Source: Octopus sinensis (taxonomy: Eukaryota). Taken from it: a stretch of 64,000 nt of DNA. The translations under genes were made by a program, and so were the position numbers. The stretch is from assembly GCF_006345805.1 (NCBI RefSeq), contig NC_043010.1, positions 21,390,001-21,454,000 on the forward strand, given 5' to 3'. Below are positions 1 through 15,275 of this stretch, piece by piece. The notes below the pieces were generated by a model. It was not told where the DNA came from, did no database searches, and saw nothing but the letters and a program-made list of their open reading frames with translations. Position 1 is the first letter of the stretch. Every line of letters starts with the position of its first letter.

Positions 1-474
1 ACATACAAACGTATAATATTTAACATTTTAATCTCTTATGAAATAATTTTATAGATTATTTTATTTGTCTCAGTTACCAAAACGTTCTAACGAACGGTTA
101 CATGAAACGGAATAACTGTGTGAAGTTTTTCGGCTTCAATAAAATAGTATTATATTTTTCTTTTGGTATTGGTCTCTTATTTAGCCACACCTAGGTTTGC
201 ACGTATATGCTTACCTGTGTACGTGCGTATGTGTGTATGTGTTCATGTATATGTGTGTGCATATGTATAGATATACACGTGCATATGTAAATATATACAT
301 ATGTACATATATACATATGTATATATATGTATGTGCATATACATACATATATATATAAATATATACATATATTATACACATATATACACACACACATACG
401 CAAACACACACGCACATATATATACCTGTAAATATATACACATATAGAAACACAAACATAAAAGTGTGTGTATA

Positions 475-517
<43 letters not shown>

Positions 518-1255
518 TACATATTCTTTTATATTTTAATAGACGGCAAAGTTGTTAACACGATAATTACTCTAACTAATAAAATAAAAAATGAAAAATA
601 TGCTGAGTTGGAGAGAATGGTATACCTATTTCCTTTCTCATACACTGACTTAAACTTCTACTAATAGCATCTACTAAACTAACGATCTTCATAATTCGAT
701 TCAGTTATTGCAAACGACTCGCCCTCAAATATGTGTTTCGTGTTCATTTTATAGCATAGAAGTGAAAGTTTCCGTTAATATCAATCTAAATAGGCGCCAT
801 CACAGATGGATCTTTCTGAAAATATCTAGCTAAAACGATATTAAAGTTGTGAAAACTCTGCGCAAAAGGTTTCCTTCTGATAACATTGGAAAAGTGGTTA
901 AAAATAATATAAAACGAAAATATATTCACATAAAATAAAAGACTAAAAATGGCGGAAAAAGAGAGATTGTCAAGTAAAAATTGAAGCTTGAATCGATTAT
1001 CGTATTTTAGTAGCTGGTTTGATTATTTTGTCACCTAATATTGTCTTCAGGAAATAACGGTAATAACAGCAGGCGCCTAATCGTCTCAGTTCTCTCTCTA
1101 TCTCTTAATTTCTCGTTGTCCCTTCTTTCACTTTTTCTCTAACCCACGCGCACACACACATTCTCTCTCTCTCCATTATGTATTTCTTACTATTCCTTCT
1201 CTCTTTTTCTTTCTTCCCTTATACTTCATGTTAGTAATGGAGGATATGCATGTAT

Positions 1256-1295
<40 letters not shown>

Positions 1296-2156
1296 CATAT
1301 ACATACATATATATATATATACGCATATACAACGACATATATTTTTATACATATATAATGTATATATATACATATATATATATGTATATGTATGTATATA
1401 TGTATGTATATACGACGACATATATATATATACATATATATATGTGTGTATACATATACATATATATATATATGTGTGTGTGAGTGTGTGTAAATTTACA
1501 TATGCACTTATATTATTATCCAACATTTCCTTCTGCTTCAATTCTCTATAACCACCACACGGCTTGCTGTTTAATCTACCACTTCTTGTTATTTTTTTAA
1601 TGCTTTTTGTTGTTGACACTGTTGTTGTTGTTGCTGTTGTTGTTGTTTTTCTCCTTCTTTTTCCTCGCCTTCTTCTTCTTTTTCTTCTTCTTCGCCATCG
1701 TATTGTACTTCTTATTTTTCTTCCTAACATCTTCCTGTTCAATTTCTCAATAGCTTATCTATTCCTCTATACATGAATATCCCTACACTTACCTGTGCAC
1801 ATAAGTACACATACCGTACTTGCATTTACATTCTAAAGAAACTCTACATACTCACACACATACACGCATACACACATCATATCGTTCGCTATCGAATAGA
1901 TGCATACGCAGAGCAAGACGCACGCGCTCTTGCATCGTTATTTACGAGTATTTCGAATTACGTTTGCGAATGTATCAAAAAGAGATTATACGAGTCTATA
2001 ACTGCCACAACGTACTTCACAAGCAACACTGCTACAGCCATACTCTGCTGCTGTTGATGCTGCTGCTGCTGACGTGGTGGTTGTTTGAAAGCAAATAAAC
2101 ATATATCGTATATAATATATCTGCATATTTGATATCTCAGCGGAATGTTTTATACG

Positions 2157-2307
<151 letters not shown>

Positions 2308-2491
2308 GTATGTATGTATATGTACATATGTGTAATGCATATATATGTATATATATATGTATATTCATATATATATGCACGTATATATGTGTATATATAT
2401 ATACTTATATATACATATGAATATATGTATGAATATATTGTGCATATGTATATATATGTATATATACGCTATATATTTATGGATATATATA

Positions 2492-2541
<50 letters not shown>

Positions 2542-3381
2542 ACACTTACCTGTATATTGATATAAGTCTATATATATATAACTGATATATATATGCGTAT
2601 ACGGGCATGCGTATTTTATCTACCATTCTTTTAAATTCACACACACAAACACACAGACACGCAAACATATCTGTGTGCGTGTACCTTGTATTGTGTGCGT
2701 GTATACCTACACATGAATAATATACTTAAACTTTATTCTCCTTTATTTGTTCCGTAGAAGATGGAACCTCCTTGTTTTGCTCAGTTTATGTATGTGATTG
2801 CTAATTATCACAATATTTTCAATAGAAGCTTGTTGATTTATGGAGTTTCATTAAGCGTTAATTTAATTTCACGTGGTTATTCTTTTGTAAAGAAATCTGA
2901 AAATATTTTATGCGGTACTAAAGCTGACACCAGGAAAATTGCTTTCTGGAATGATACTTGCAAATACCCTTTCTGGATGTAACAACAAACGTGCGAAGAA
3001 ATATACTGCGCATAATTTTTATTGAATGCATTTGAGCTGGTACATGCGTACACATACACTTACAGATGCCGCACGCATCCATTCAGCAATGGAGGTATTA
3101 TGTAATACGTGCGTATATGTGATATGGAAATGCACAATCATATATTATATATTAGCGCACCGTATTTGGTTATTTAGCTTTCATAACTCATACATGTTTT
3201 CGTATGTGTGTATTTCTTGTGAAAGGCGATTGAGCTTTATTTGCTAATTTTCTCTTCTGGAATATTATATTTAAAGATTCGTTCTTATTTAGAAGTAAAG
3301 ACAAAAGTCATGAACATTCCGTTGTACAGGCATGTGTGTGTGAGTGTGTGTGTGTGTGTGTGTGTGAGTGTGTGTGTGTGT

Positions 3382-3419
<38 letters not shown>

Positions 3420-3698
3420 ATGCGTGTATTGTAAATATTTTCTTTAGATTTATAATTCAGTGTATCTAACATACCCCAGTGTATCTAACGTACCCAAAGA
3501 CATAAACTATCGCAAGCTTACTGCCAGGTAAAGCAAATTCATGGCCATTGAAAGATCGTCCTTTCAAATTTCGGCTCCGACAGAGACAGTAAGCAATTCG
3601 TTCCTAGTAAGTATAAAATTACGTACCTACTAAGCAAAAAATAGTAAGTAAAAAATAACGTCAGCACGACCCAACCCAACTCTACATGGAAGTCATAG

Positions 3699-4022
3699 GC
3701 TTAAAACGAACACCAATAACTTTTGTTAATGAAAAGGCTAAAATACATAGCTTATTTAATTAGGAAATAACATTTTCTACGTCAACACACGCCGCCACAA
3801 AAATCTATAATATACTTCTGCTTAAACGAATACCGATATTTATTGCTAATCGTGAGGCTATGTATATAGATTATTACATAACTGAAAATATGGTAGGTTC
3901 TACGTCTGCATTTCACAGAAACTCGGTAATGTTTTAATAGGTTTAAACGAATACAAATATCTGTTTCAAATCTTCAGGCTAAAATCGATAGCTTATGATA
4001 TAATTATGAACTCAGACGTTCT
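3699..4022. repeat. Degenerate ~121-bp tandem repeat, ~2.7 units
   Basis: Motif G(C/T)TTAAA(A)CGAA(C/T)AC recurs at 3699, 3820 and 3941, each followed by AGGCTA...ATAG.TTAT and later TTCT(A/C) at matching offsets. Confidence 0.6.
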
Positions 4023-4039
4023 CACCTGCCGAATATTGA

Positions 4040-4222
4040 TTACAAATTTTGGCACAGTGCCAGCAATTTCATGCAAAGAGAGAAGTGAATTACATCAACT
4101 GGTATTTTTTTAAGCGACCTTGAAAGGATGAAAAGCAAAGTCTATCTCAGCAAAATTTGAACTCAGGACGTAAAGAATCGGAAAAATACTACCTGACGCT
4201 AACGATTCTGTCAGCTAGCCAA
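4040..4222 (-). mobile_element. tRNA-derived SINE, family B (degraded)
   Basis: Matches the GAAAGGATGAAAGGCAAAGTCGACCTCGGCGGAATTTGAACTCAG core of other family B copies in this window. Confidence 0.7.
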
Positions 4223-5048
4223 CTTTATAAGCTGCTGATTTAGCTACAATACCAGTAATATAATGTAAACTGTACAGACTTGTCACACTATGTCACACTG
4301 TTTCTGTTGGTGAGTTATGTTAATGGTACACATATCGGTGGAACGCTTATCCCTTTACATATTAATTCAAGAGCAGATAAATTGGCGTGAATCCTCGTCG
4401 ACGAAGATCCGCCCCTGTACATATATTTCAGAATGCAGTGACCATCTCTCTCCATTTGTCTTTCTCTCCTCGTCTATCATTTCTGTTGAAGAGCTTATGC
4501 TCGAAACATAACAGACTTTTAAATTTCCTGAGAGTCAACTTAATATATTCCGTTTGTTTGTTCTTTGTCTCGCCTTCGTATGGTAAGGGGTTTGTGTCCC
4601 AGCTACATCCTTCCGGGTTCAGTCTCACTGTGGGGTATCATGGGAAAGTATCTTCTAATATACCCTCAATCACAACTCTAATACAGGCATGGTAGGAAAA
4701 AATTCCAGTGAACATTTAAAACGTTTTACCTCTGCTAGGTCAGCACAAGCAATACTCATCAACCTGGAACCAGTTTCAAAATTAGCGCTAAAAGTGCCTG
4801 TTTCTCATCAGCCAAAGTCTGCCAGCTTACTACTACTGAAAATGTTCCTCACAATACCCGCAAAATCCGTTTCTAGTGATCAAACACTATTTAAATAATC
4901 GACCAGTGTTTGTCAAGCAGTGGTAGGAGGCAAACGCAGTCACAAAGAAACAGCCATACACACACACATATATATGTACATACACACCCATATATATATA
5001 TATATATATATACATACACGTATATATGTATATATATGTATGTATATG

Positions 5049-5088
<40 letters not shown>

Positions 5089-5089
5089 A

Positions 5090-6016
5090 CAATATGTTAC
5101 ATTACTCGGTAGTCAAGATAAAACTCTGAGTTTCAGATGCCGAAGTGGAAATCCACAACACCATCTCTTCGGTTATCTGGCTATTTGAAAACGTTATGAA
5201 AAAATACCGTTAAATAAAGGGAAATTACTCTGTTATAACTCTGCTTGCCTGCGTACTTATACATCGCTCGCATTTTTCGTCATAAAAATGATATAAAAAT
5301 ACATAAAAAATATATAAAAATATATAAATTCTTCTTGGGACATAACACAGAAAGCATGTTCTATCTGTTTTCTTTAGGGGACCAAAAACGTAACAGAAAT
5401 TTAGTCACATGTGGGCATGATCCGAAAAGCTCTGTCCTTGTATTTAGACATGTAGTAGGGTCTAAGCTGCTTTTCCAGATAAGCCATCTCTCCATGTCGC
5501 ATAGACCGCACCTTCCGCTACCGTTAGTATAGAGCTTACATCTGGCCAAAATCTTCCATTGTATGTTATAATCGACACCTTTATCTCTTAAAGACCAAAT
5601 ATGATTAGATAATTGTGTCGCTTTTCTTTTGTTCCAGTGCCTAAAGCTCAAAGTGTGGTTATTGAACCTGGCCTTGAAATTTACCCTCTGTAAGGCCCAC
5701 GTATTTCTTCGTCGAAACGGTGTCTTTAGTGGCTTTAGAGTTTACGGTAGCTTCATATATGATGGTCTTGGACATGCAAGCTCCATTTAGCGGGCACAAT
5801 TCTTTATTCCTGCATGAACAGCTGTTTTCTTCTTGTGTTTTTTGTATGTTATGTTTGATTATGTTTTTAAAATTGGTAGTTGAACTAAAACTAATTTTTA
5901 AATTGTGTCTATTGAAGAGTTTCCTATAAGTATGGTTAACTGGAAAATGTCTATCTACCAGTGCTATGAAATATTTACCTATATTGAAGGTCACCTCGGG
6001 TGAGTAAGGGGGCGTA
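5090..6016 (-). mobile_element. 5'-truncated Penelope-like element: GIY-YIG endonuclease C-terminus plus 3' UTR with HHR-like motif
   Basis: Minus-strand translation PPYSPEVTFNIGKYF...CSCRNKELCPLNGACMSKTIIYEATV...KKYVGLTEGKF, frameshift at ~5670, then KARFNNHTLSF...CGLCDMERWLI...LNTRTELFGSCPH, stop at 5361. Flanked by (TA)n on both sides. Confidence 0.85.
5116..5178 (-). ncRNA. Hammerhead-like motif, family H1 (core mutated to CCGAAGA)
   Basis: Minus: AGAUAA CCGAAGA GAUG...CAUC U GAAAC UCAGA GUU^UUAUCU. Stem I AGAUAA/UUAUCU. Confidence 0.55.
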
Positions 6017-6038
6017 ATATATATATATATATATATAA

Positions 6039-6255
6039 CGGAGTAAACACATAAATGTGAAACAAGGTGGAAAAAAGAGTACTCAAATACCAGTGGTAGA
6101 GTAATATGCTTTATTTTAAGCAGCAGAAAATTAAACAAAATCTGTTACTCTGAGTTTCTCGTTGCCGTCCATCAGACAGTTTTTGCTACTGATGAACGGC
6201 AACGAGAAACTCAGAGTAACAGATTTTGTTGAATTTTCTGCTGCTTAAAATAAAG
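6039..6255. mobile_element. PLE-type hairpin insert (family H2) with minimal hammerhead
   Basis: Inverted repeat 6109-6175/6189-6255 with a ~70-nt unpaired tail at 6039-6108, between (TA)n tracts. CTGATGA ACGGCAACGA GAAAC TCAGA GTA ACAG at 6189-6222. Confidence 0.75.
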
Positions 6256-6270
6256 TATATATATATATAC

Positions 6271-6327
<57 letters not shown>

Positions 6328-6328
6328 G

Positions 6329-6400
<72 letters not shown>

Positions 6401-6426
6401 ATATATGCATACATACATACATACAC

Positions 6427-6457
<31 letters not shown>

Positions 6458-6657
6458 TGGGTGTTTCTTTGTAATCATATTTGCCTCCCACCACTGCTCG
6501 ACAACCACTCTTGATGCGTTTACGGCCAGTAACTTACAAGTTCGGCGGCGAAAGTGACTGATTGAGAAAATCCCGGTCTTAAAGAAATAATTACTGCCAT
6601 CGATTCATTCCGCTAAAAATATTTCAAGAGTCCAATGACTGCAACAAGTAAATATAT

Positions 6658-6743
<86 letters not shown>

Positions 6744-6748
6744 TATAT

Positions 6749-6892
6749 AGGGAGGGTTTACGAAAAAACAAAAGACCAAGACAGGTCGTGTACAAAACAA
6801 ACAGATGTATTAGTATAACGCTCAGGAATAGAAAAAGTCTTTTACATTTCGAGCCTACGCTCTTCTACAGAAAGGGACACAGAAAAACAATG
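6749..6892 (-). mobile_element. Short (TA)n-flanked PLE-like 3' fragment (family H7) with variant hammerhead
   Basis: Minus 6874-6839: CUUU CUGUAGAA GAGC GUAG GCUC GAAAU GUA^AAAG. A related fragment in the opposite orientation lies at 12470-12543. Confidence 0.55.
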
Positions 6893-6941
<49 letters not shown>

Positions 6942-6978
6942 TGTATGTTTGTATGTATGTATGTGTGTGTGTGTGTGT

Positions 6979-7014
<36 letters not shown>

Positions 7015-8136
7015 AATGTATATCAACTGAAACATTGTTAATAATCAATAAATGAGCAAAATTGCAAAATTGGGGAGACTGATGAAGAGTTCGGATTGTC
7101 AGTGCCAAAGTGGAATTTACGAATGAAAATATAACGGACAGTAAATGTTGCTGTTGGGAATTGTTGGTGTGGAATTTGTACTGATATAAAATGTCCCTTT
7201 GTATCTGGATTGCGTAACATAAATATTCTGTCATCTATAACAAAAGCTGTTGCATTAAATACTGCGTCCTTCTGAACAGTTAGGGATGCATCTTGCACAG
7301 TTATACTTCCCTTAGGAATGCGGTGTTAACATAGAGAGGAGCGAGTCTCCAAGAAGGAGAAAAATGATAAGGTTTCCGTTCTGCAGATCTAATATTTCAT
7401 TATAACAGGAAAAAAATATATATAATTTAAAATAGAATGTTTTATTGTTGGTTATACTAAGATCGAAATTATCGACACAGGTATAAAAATGTGCCTAAAA
7501 GTAAAAGCAGATCCACCAGGAATCGAACTATGAATCTAAAAGCAAAACCAAGCGATCAATGGAAAGAGATAATATATTTAGTATTGCATATTAGTTTCAA
7601 CTATTTCTTTCATCCACTGAGAATAAAAATAAAAAACTTGTTACGATGGTTCCTTACACAGTCTCTATATTGATATTACAAGATAATAAAACGAAAGTTC
7701 TCTCTTGTAATACTTACCAAACATTCGAAGAAATAATGATATATAAAAATGCAAAGAAAAAAAACAACTTCTTAGACAAGCAATAGCAATTGCAAGAAAC
7801 AAACAAGTAAAACTTCAGTGGTAAATCAAACTGCAGACAAGAAAGAATTGTAGAAAGTTTCATAAGTTGATTATAGCCAAAATGGCGACGTTGTTGAAAA
7901 TGGCGACAACAAGTACGACGAGAAATAATAATTAAAAGATATAATATGATCAAAGTGATTGCAGAGAAGGAATTTGGTTGGTTAAATGAGCGACCACGAG
8001 AACGTGTAGGTTCATGCGACAGCAAACTACTAAGAACAGTATGACGCTACCGCTGAGTATGATAGCGAACAGTAACTACAGCAATATTGGTGTATGCAGA
8101 TGTTTTTTTCCATAAATGTGCTTATACTCACAAATA

Positions 8137-8258
<122 letters not shown>

Positions 8259-8829
8259 AACGACAGACTATGCTGACGATCTTGCAGATGTTTGCGCATC
8301 CATATACGTAAATAATAACAAGTGAAACTAATTAGTACATAGGTAATCGTGTTTTATTTCGTATATTTTCATTTGTTTTGCTTATTTTTACACTTTGGTT
8401 TTTTGGTGAATTGTTTCTTGAGAACACATTCTTCGTGGTAAATGGCGAATTTGACGTCTATTTCTAGCATACAGACTGTCCACTATTAGCGGTCATTCCT
8501 CTAAATTTTGTATATATATATATATACATATAATACATGTGTGTGTATGTGTGTGTATGCGAGTCAGTGATTGTGAATGTGTACATATACGTTTTTCTAA
8601 ATGGTAATGCGTCTATACATGAAAATGTATATGAATAGATGTGTGCATGTATGTCAATGTATGTATATGTGTAAGTATATGAACAAACATATGCAATCAA
8701 TTTCTATGTAACTTTTGATTTCTTTTTTAATGGAGGATAAGTTTGTTCGCGCGATCAAGTTTAACATATAGCTACATAAATACACACATGCATTCACACA
8801 TAACTATATACATATTTACATGCATATAT

Positions 8830-8914
<85 letters not shown>

Positions 8915-9087
8915 GTATGTGTATGTATATGTATATAAATATATATAAATATATATATGCGCGATCAAGTTTATCATATAGATAAATACATACGTACATG
9001 CATGCATACACACATAGTTATATACATATTTACACACACACACACATACATATATATATGTGTGTGTATGTATATGTATATGAATAA

Positions 9088-9128
<41 letters not shown>

Positions 9129-9468
9129 CATACATATATAATATATATATATATGTATATGCGTATATGAAAAAAGTCATATATAGATATGCTAATATGA
9201 CTATATACATGCGTACATTCGCAATTACATTTTTGTGATCCAACAGGAGGAAGTAAAAGAAAAAAATGTGCTATTTTTTGCTTTCTAAATTAATTTACAT
9301 CGTTCGATTCACACCTGTATTTTTTAAAACAGATTTCTTTGTTTCTATGTGACAATAAAAAGTGTTTTATTTAGAATCAGCATTCGATCATACTGCCGTC
9401 TGCATAAACCCATAACTGTATCGCATTTTCTTAGAAAAGTACTTTTGTTTACACCCACCATCTCTGTG

Positions 9469-9765
<297 letters not shown>

Positions 9766-9869
9766 TATGCGTGTGTGATATTACATAGCAAAAGATTTTG
9801 TGTTTCACAGTTCGCTCTAATCTCCATCATACTGCTGACTATATAATATTGCTATCTGTATCTTCAAAA

Positions 9870-10490
9870 CGTCGTTGTAACGACTTTATCGTCGCCATTA
9901 CACTCTCCTTCGCTGCCGTCCTCATCATCATATACCCCTCCATCTTTGTCATCGTCATTATCATCGTCGTTATCGCAGTCGTCGATGTAGTCATCATATT
10001 TTTCATCGTCGCTGTCATCATAATTATCACCATGGCCGTTCTTGTCGACACTCAACGTCATCACCGTTGGCGAAAGCAGCCGTCATCATTTTGCATCATT
10101 ATTCTCATTATCGTTCATTCTCATCATTCACTATCAGCATCAACCTCGTCGTCGACGTCGCCGCCATGATGATGGTGATGATGATCATTATCAACATCAA
10201 CCTCATCATCATCATCATCATCTCTATTCCTTTCCTTCTCCTCATCATATCATTTACGTTGTCTTTGCTGTGAACACTATCCACATTACCGCAATTGCCA
10301 CCAACACCAGTAACAACAACAGCAACAACACTAACGTCACGAACATAACACCATCAAATCGACGACGACTACCACTTGCACCAGCACCAGCACCAGCACC
10401 ACCAGCACCACCAGCACCACCACCACTACCACCACCACCACCTCCATCACCATTACTACAATCACCGTCGTCACCTCCACATTGTTGCCG
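9870..10490. repeat. Decayed trinucleotide low-complexity tract (CAT/CGT, CAA, CAC/CAG)
   Basis: Direct reading. It produces spurious His-, Pro- and Ile-rich ORFs. Confidence 0.85.
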
Positions 10491-10685
10491 TTAGTATATC
10501 GTCATATATAGCTTCAATTTTTATGATATTTGACACGTTGTCAATTTTATAGGGTGCGAAATAAGAAGCTGTTTTTTCTTTTGCGTTATCTGTCGGCTGC
10601 CATATACGACGAATATTGATAAATCAAATCAGCGTTAGATAATAAAACAACAACAGCAATAACAAGAACGACAACAAAAATCACT

Positions 10686-10890
<205 letters not shown>

Positions 10891-11164
10891 ATTCAGGATT
10901 AAATTAATAGAACAAAACATTAACGATGATACATATATAGATAAAATTGTGCAAGAGAGAAAAAAAAGTAACAGAATAAAACGAAACGTAATCTTACGCT
11001 GGTGTCCCTTTATTTTTTTTCATAATCTTTCGACAATTGATAATTATCTTCAAACGGTGCCTTCTTTCTGTCAGTCTGCCTATCTGTCAGTTTGTTACTC
11101 TATACAATATGCGAGCGTATCTGTGCACACACACACTCACAAACACACAAACACACATATATTG

Positions 11165-11464
11165 ATAGAAATGGCAAGACAACAAAAGAATGAAAGAGAC
11201 CTCGATATTATGTAAATAGGGGAATTTATCTGTAAATATAATATGTGACAATTATTCGGTAGCCATCATAAAACTCCGAGTTTCAGATGTCGGGGCGGAA
11301 ACCCACGCCGGTATCTCTTCAGTTATCGGGCCATCGAAAATTTTCTTAGCATTTTTTTCGATGGCCCGATAACTGAAGAGATCTCGGATTGAGTTTCCAC
11401 CCCGACAACCAAAACTCGGAGTTTTATCATGGCTACCGAATAATTGTCACATTTTATATTTACA
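11165..11464. mobile_element. PLE-derived hairpin insert, family H1
   Basis: Inverted repeat 11231-11340/11355-11464 plus a tail at 11165-11230. Homologous to 5090-5190, 23134-23382 and 43747-43946. Minus arm has an intact CUGAAGA...GAAAC UCGGA GUU. Confidence 0.85.
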
Positions 11465-11469
11465 TACAT

Positions 11470-11584
<115 letters not shown>

Positions 11585-12180
11585 TTATATGACCAAAAGG
11601 CACAGTTATGTACCTTTATACATACGTGCGTGTGTTATAGAACGTATTCATATATTATGTGTGCATAAATTATACGTTTTAAATATTGAGCATTTCATCA
11701 CTTGTCACCATATGACGATTATTAACGTGTTGACAGCCGAAATAATAATATTATAAACACTGCAACTCCAACATTGCATTATCGTTTATTTAAGTCGAGA
11801 AATTTTAACTAGATCTCTCCCGAACATAGACACATCAAATACTCTAGTAGTTTCGCCGAAAAGTGTCCCAGATTTCATCCAAGTGATGAACAGACGCACT
11901 CATTGAGTACTACAGTGCGTCACTTAACCTTTTACCAAAACATGTGCAATTACCATAGCCTAAACGCAGAATCACAGTAACACAGCGTGATACAGCGATG
12001 GTCTTTTGAAAGATAGTGATCTCTCTGTTTTGGCAAAAGAACTTATTGAATCAATAACAAATATCACTAGATGATGGGCGAATGGAAAGTCAACAAACTG
12101 TCAACAGAGAGAGGATCAACCAGTTTCGTGATTGTTTAAGGCATTTTCTTGAGAAAATACAAACACGGTCCCCAGCTACC

Positions 12181-12815
<635 letters not shown>

Positions 12816-14658
12816 ATTTGTTTGCTATATATATTTTTTCTTTTCATACAAGATACCATGCTGTCTTAGATATGGTGCCTAAAGTGCCCGAGTGATTACT
12901 GCAGAGACTTTTCACTGACGCTCTTAGAATTCTGCTAATCCACTGGACTGAACTGGATTTTATCGACCCCAGGATTTGAACTCAGAACATAAAGATCCTG
13001 GACACTTGTTCCTCACTTTTGCTTTCTACTGTAAGAGAAGCGTTCGATGCTCTGACTGTTTTCCCAATTTTGCCTCAATTCGGTTTCTGTCATCAATAAT
13101 CTTGGAAACGGCACGAACAAGGTGCAAACTCATTTCCTTTCCGGCAAAATCGTTTCGAAATTTGCGCAGCCAACGGGGAAAAATAAAAACGAAATCAATA
13201 TCGATTTCTGAAGATATTCGGACATCCAAATAATTATCTGAACAACTTACTACCTTTCGTTTAGAAATCTGTCAGAAACGCAAAAACAAAAACAAAACAA
13301 AAAAGAAAGAAAACATAAAACAATAAAAAATATAGACTTTTTTAATGAGTGTAGTTTAAGGTGACGAGATATAAATGTCTAATTAAATATGACATAGGAA
13401 ATGTAATTGTAAGCAATTTGGATGATGATGATGCTGATGATGATGATAATAGTAATGAAATAATGAGATGTCTATAGTTTGATTCGATGCTAAATAATCA
13501 CATCCCACTTCACCTTGCTATAAACGGAATTGTTAATGATTTGATGTGTTAACATTAATGTTAGCGAAAAGAAACATATTTATGTCGAGAATAAAAAAAA
13601 GAAATAGAAAGAAATGGAGAGAATTGTATGGAAAAGATAATATTAACAATATCGATGCAGCTTCCTTCTCGTTTTTCGTTTTGTTGTTTTATTCAATCAT
13701 CTCTTAGTCTTCGAGGGGAAACTGAAATTGAAGACTCGGAACGAGTATTAAAAGTATATCGTTTATCGAAACAGCGGAGGTCTGCGGTGCCATTGAATAT
13801 GGTTTTAGCTGAATCGTTCACCATATGGTTTTCATCTGGTGACCTTTCATTGAATAACAATTCACATTACTGCTGTATGTCCTAGCATCGACTGCCTTTC
13901 ACATATATTCCATCGAGGTAGACTGGGCGAAGAAGATATACTTCACTTATTTGCGAAAGCGTGAAGAAATAGCAGTCAAATCCTGCTCAAACTAAACCGC
14001 ACAACCTTACAGGTTAAATAATGCTTTGCTTAAGGCTGTCCTCGGTTGTGCATCCTTACATGAAAGAGGGAATCAAAGAGCTTTGGTTACAATTTTGTTT
14101 CATCAATGCCGACCTGGGGTTATACATCGTAACTCACAATTTCCAACAAGGAAAACGCTTCAGTGGTCAAACCTCGAGCAAGAAGTAAGAGCTAAATTTT
14201 AGCAAATCACTATCATTTAAATAAAGAACATGCCGGATGATATCGTCTTACTATTTAAAATAAAATGCAGGACGGTCACGGTTGGAACGCCTTTGTTAAT
14301 GGTCAGTGGGATTATTGAGATCAGTGCTGACATAAGACTAAATCGTAGTAACAATTTAACATCAACTGAAGAACTGATCTATACTTTTTGAAGAGCAGAT
14401 GTTTATTATACTTTTACTAGAGGTTTGATAGTGACTTCGCAGTTTTGGTCTACTAACCGTCATGAGTCTGACGAAGGGTGGTCGACCATTTTCTTATAAA
14501 AGTATTATGATATATATGTGTAACTGTCTATGTGTGGTGCACACACACACCTACACACACCCACACCACCTACACACAGCTACACAAACCCACCCACCCA
14601 CCTACACACACACCTACAAACCTACGCCCCACCGCCTACACACACACATACATATATA

Positions 14659-15275
14659 CAAGCAGAAGGACCCGGTTTCACTCGGGTTATAAACTCATAG
14701 CCTTAACACTGTTCTCTTTGCCTGTAGTGTAAGATTAGTACATAATACTCAATGGTTTTACACTTTTGTACATTGCGTGCACATACTCTTCACGTAAGTG
14801 CTCCTTTATATACTATGTCTTTCTAGTTTATCACTGAGAATGTAGAGGTTCTCTTCATCTCCAACTCTGGAACATCCATCATACAGCTGACCTGGTGAGA
14901 AGCATGGCTGAAGAAGGTTAAGTCCCACCACCTTTAGAGATTGACCTTGTGCTTTGTTGATAGACATTGCAAAGCTCAGTTTGACACGAAACTGCAGTCT
15001 TTTGAACTGAAAAGGGAGATCATATGAGATGAGAGGTATCCTTGGAATGAAGACATTTTCACACATCATGTTGCCTGTAACTATCGTTGCTTCCAGCTGA
15101 TGGCGCATGATTGCTTTAGCAACAAACCCTGTTCCATTGCAGAGACTGTGGGCATCAAGGTTTCTTAAGAGCATTATAGAAGAACCTATTTTCATGATCA
15201 GAATGTGTGGCAGAAACCCTAGTGGTTGAAATAAATTGAGGAACTCCACAGGGTAATGCGTTGCCTGCCCGTGAT
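14659..15275 (-). mobile_element. Helitron 3' fragment: PIF1-family helicase C-terminus plus terminal hairpin
   Basis: YPVEFLN...IMLLRNLD...LCNGT...IPRIPL...FKRLQF...FAMSINKAQGQSL...GQLY..CSRV. Hairpin ACCCG/CGGGT at 14670-14687, followed on the minus strand by CTTG (degenerate CTRR) and T at 14662-14658. Confidence 0.88.

Noticed and set aside
1176-1742. 188-aa Arg/Lys-rich, protamine-like ORF
   Set aside because: Built from (GAA)n, (CAA)n and (TA)n repeats, with a non-ATG start.
4905-6510. Inverted pair 4905-4957/6457-6506 as TIRs of a composite element
   Set aside because: Both are pieces of the abundant SINE A 3' half, so an opposed pair is expected by chance; no target duplication seen.
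10042-10494. His/Pro-rich 150-aa ORF
   Set aside because: Decayed trinucleotide repeats are open in several frames on both strands.
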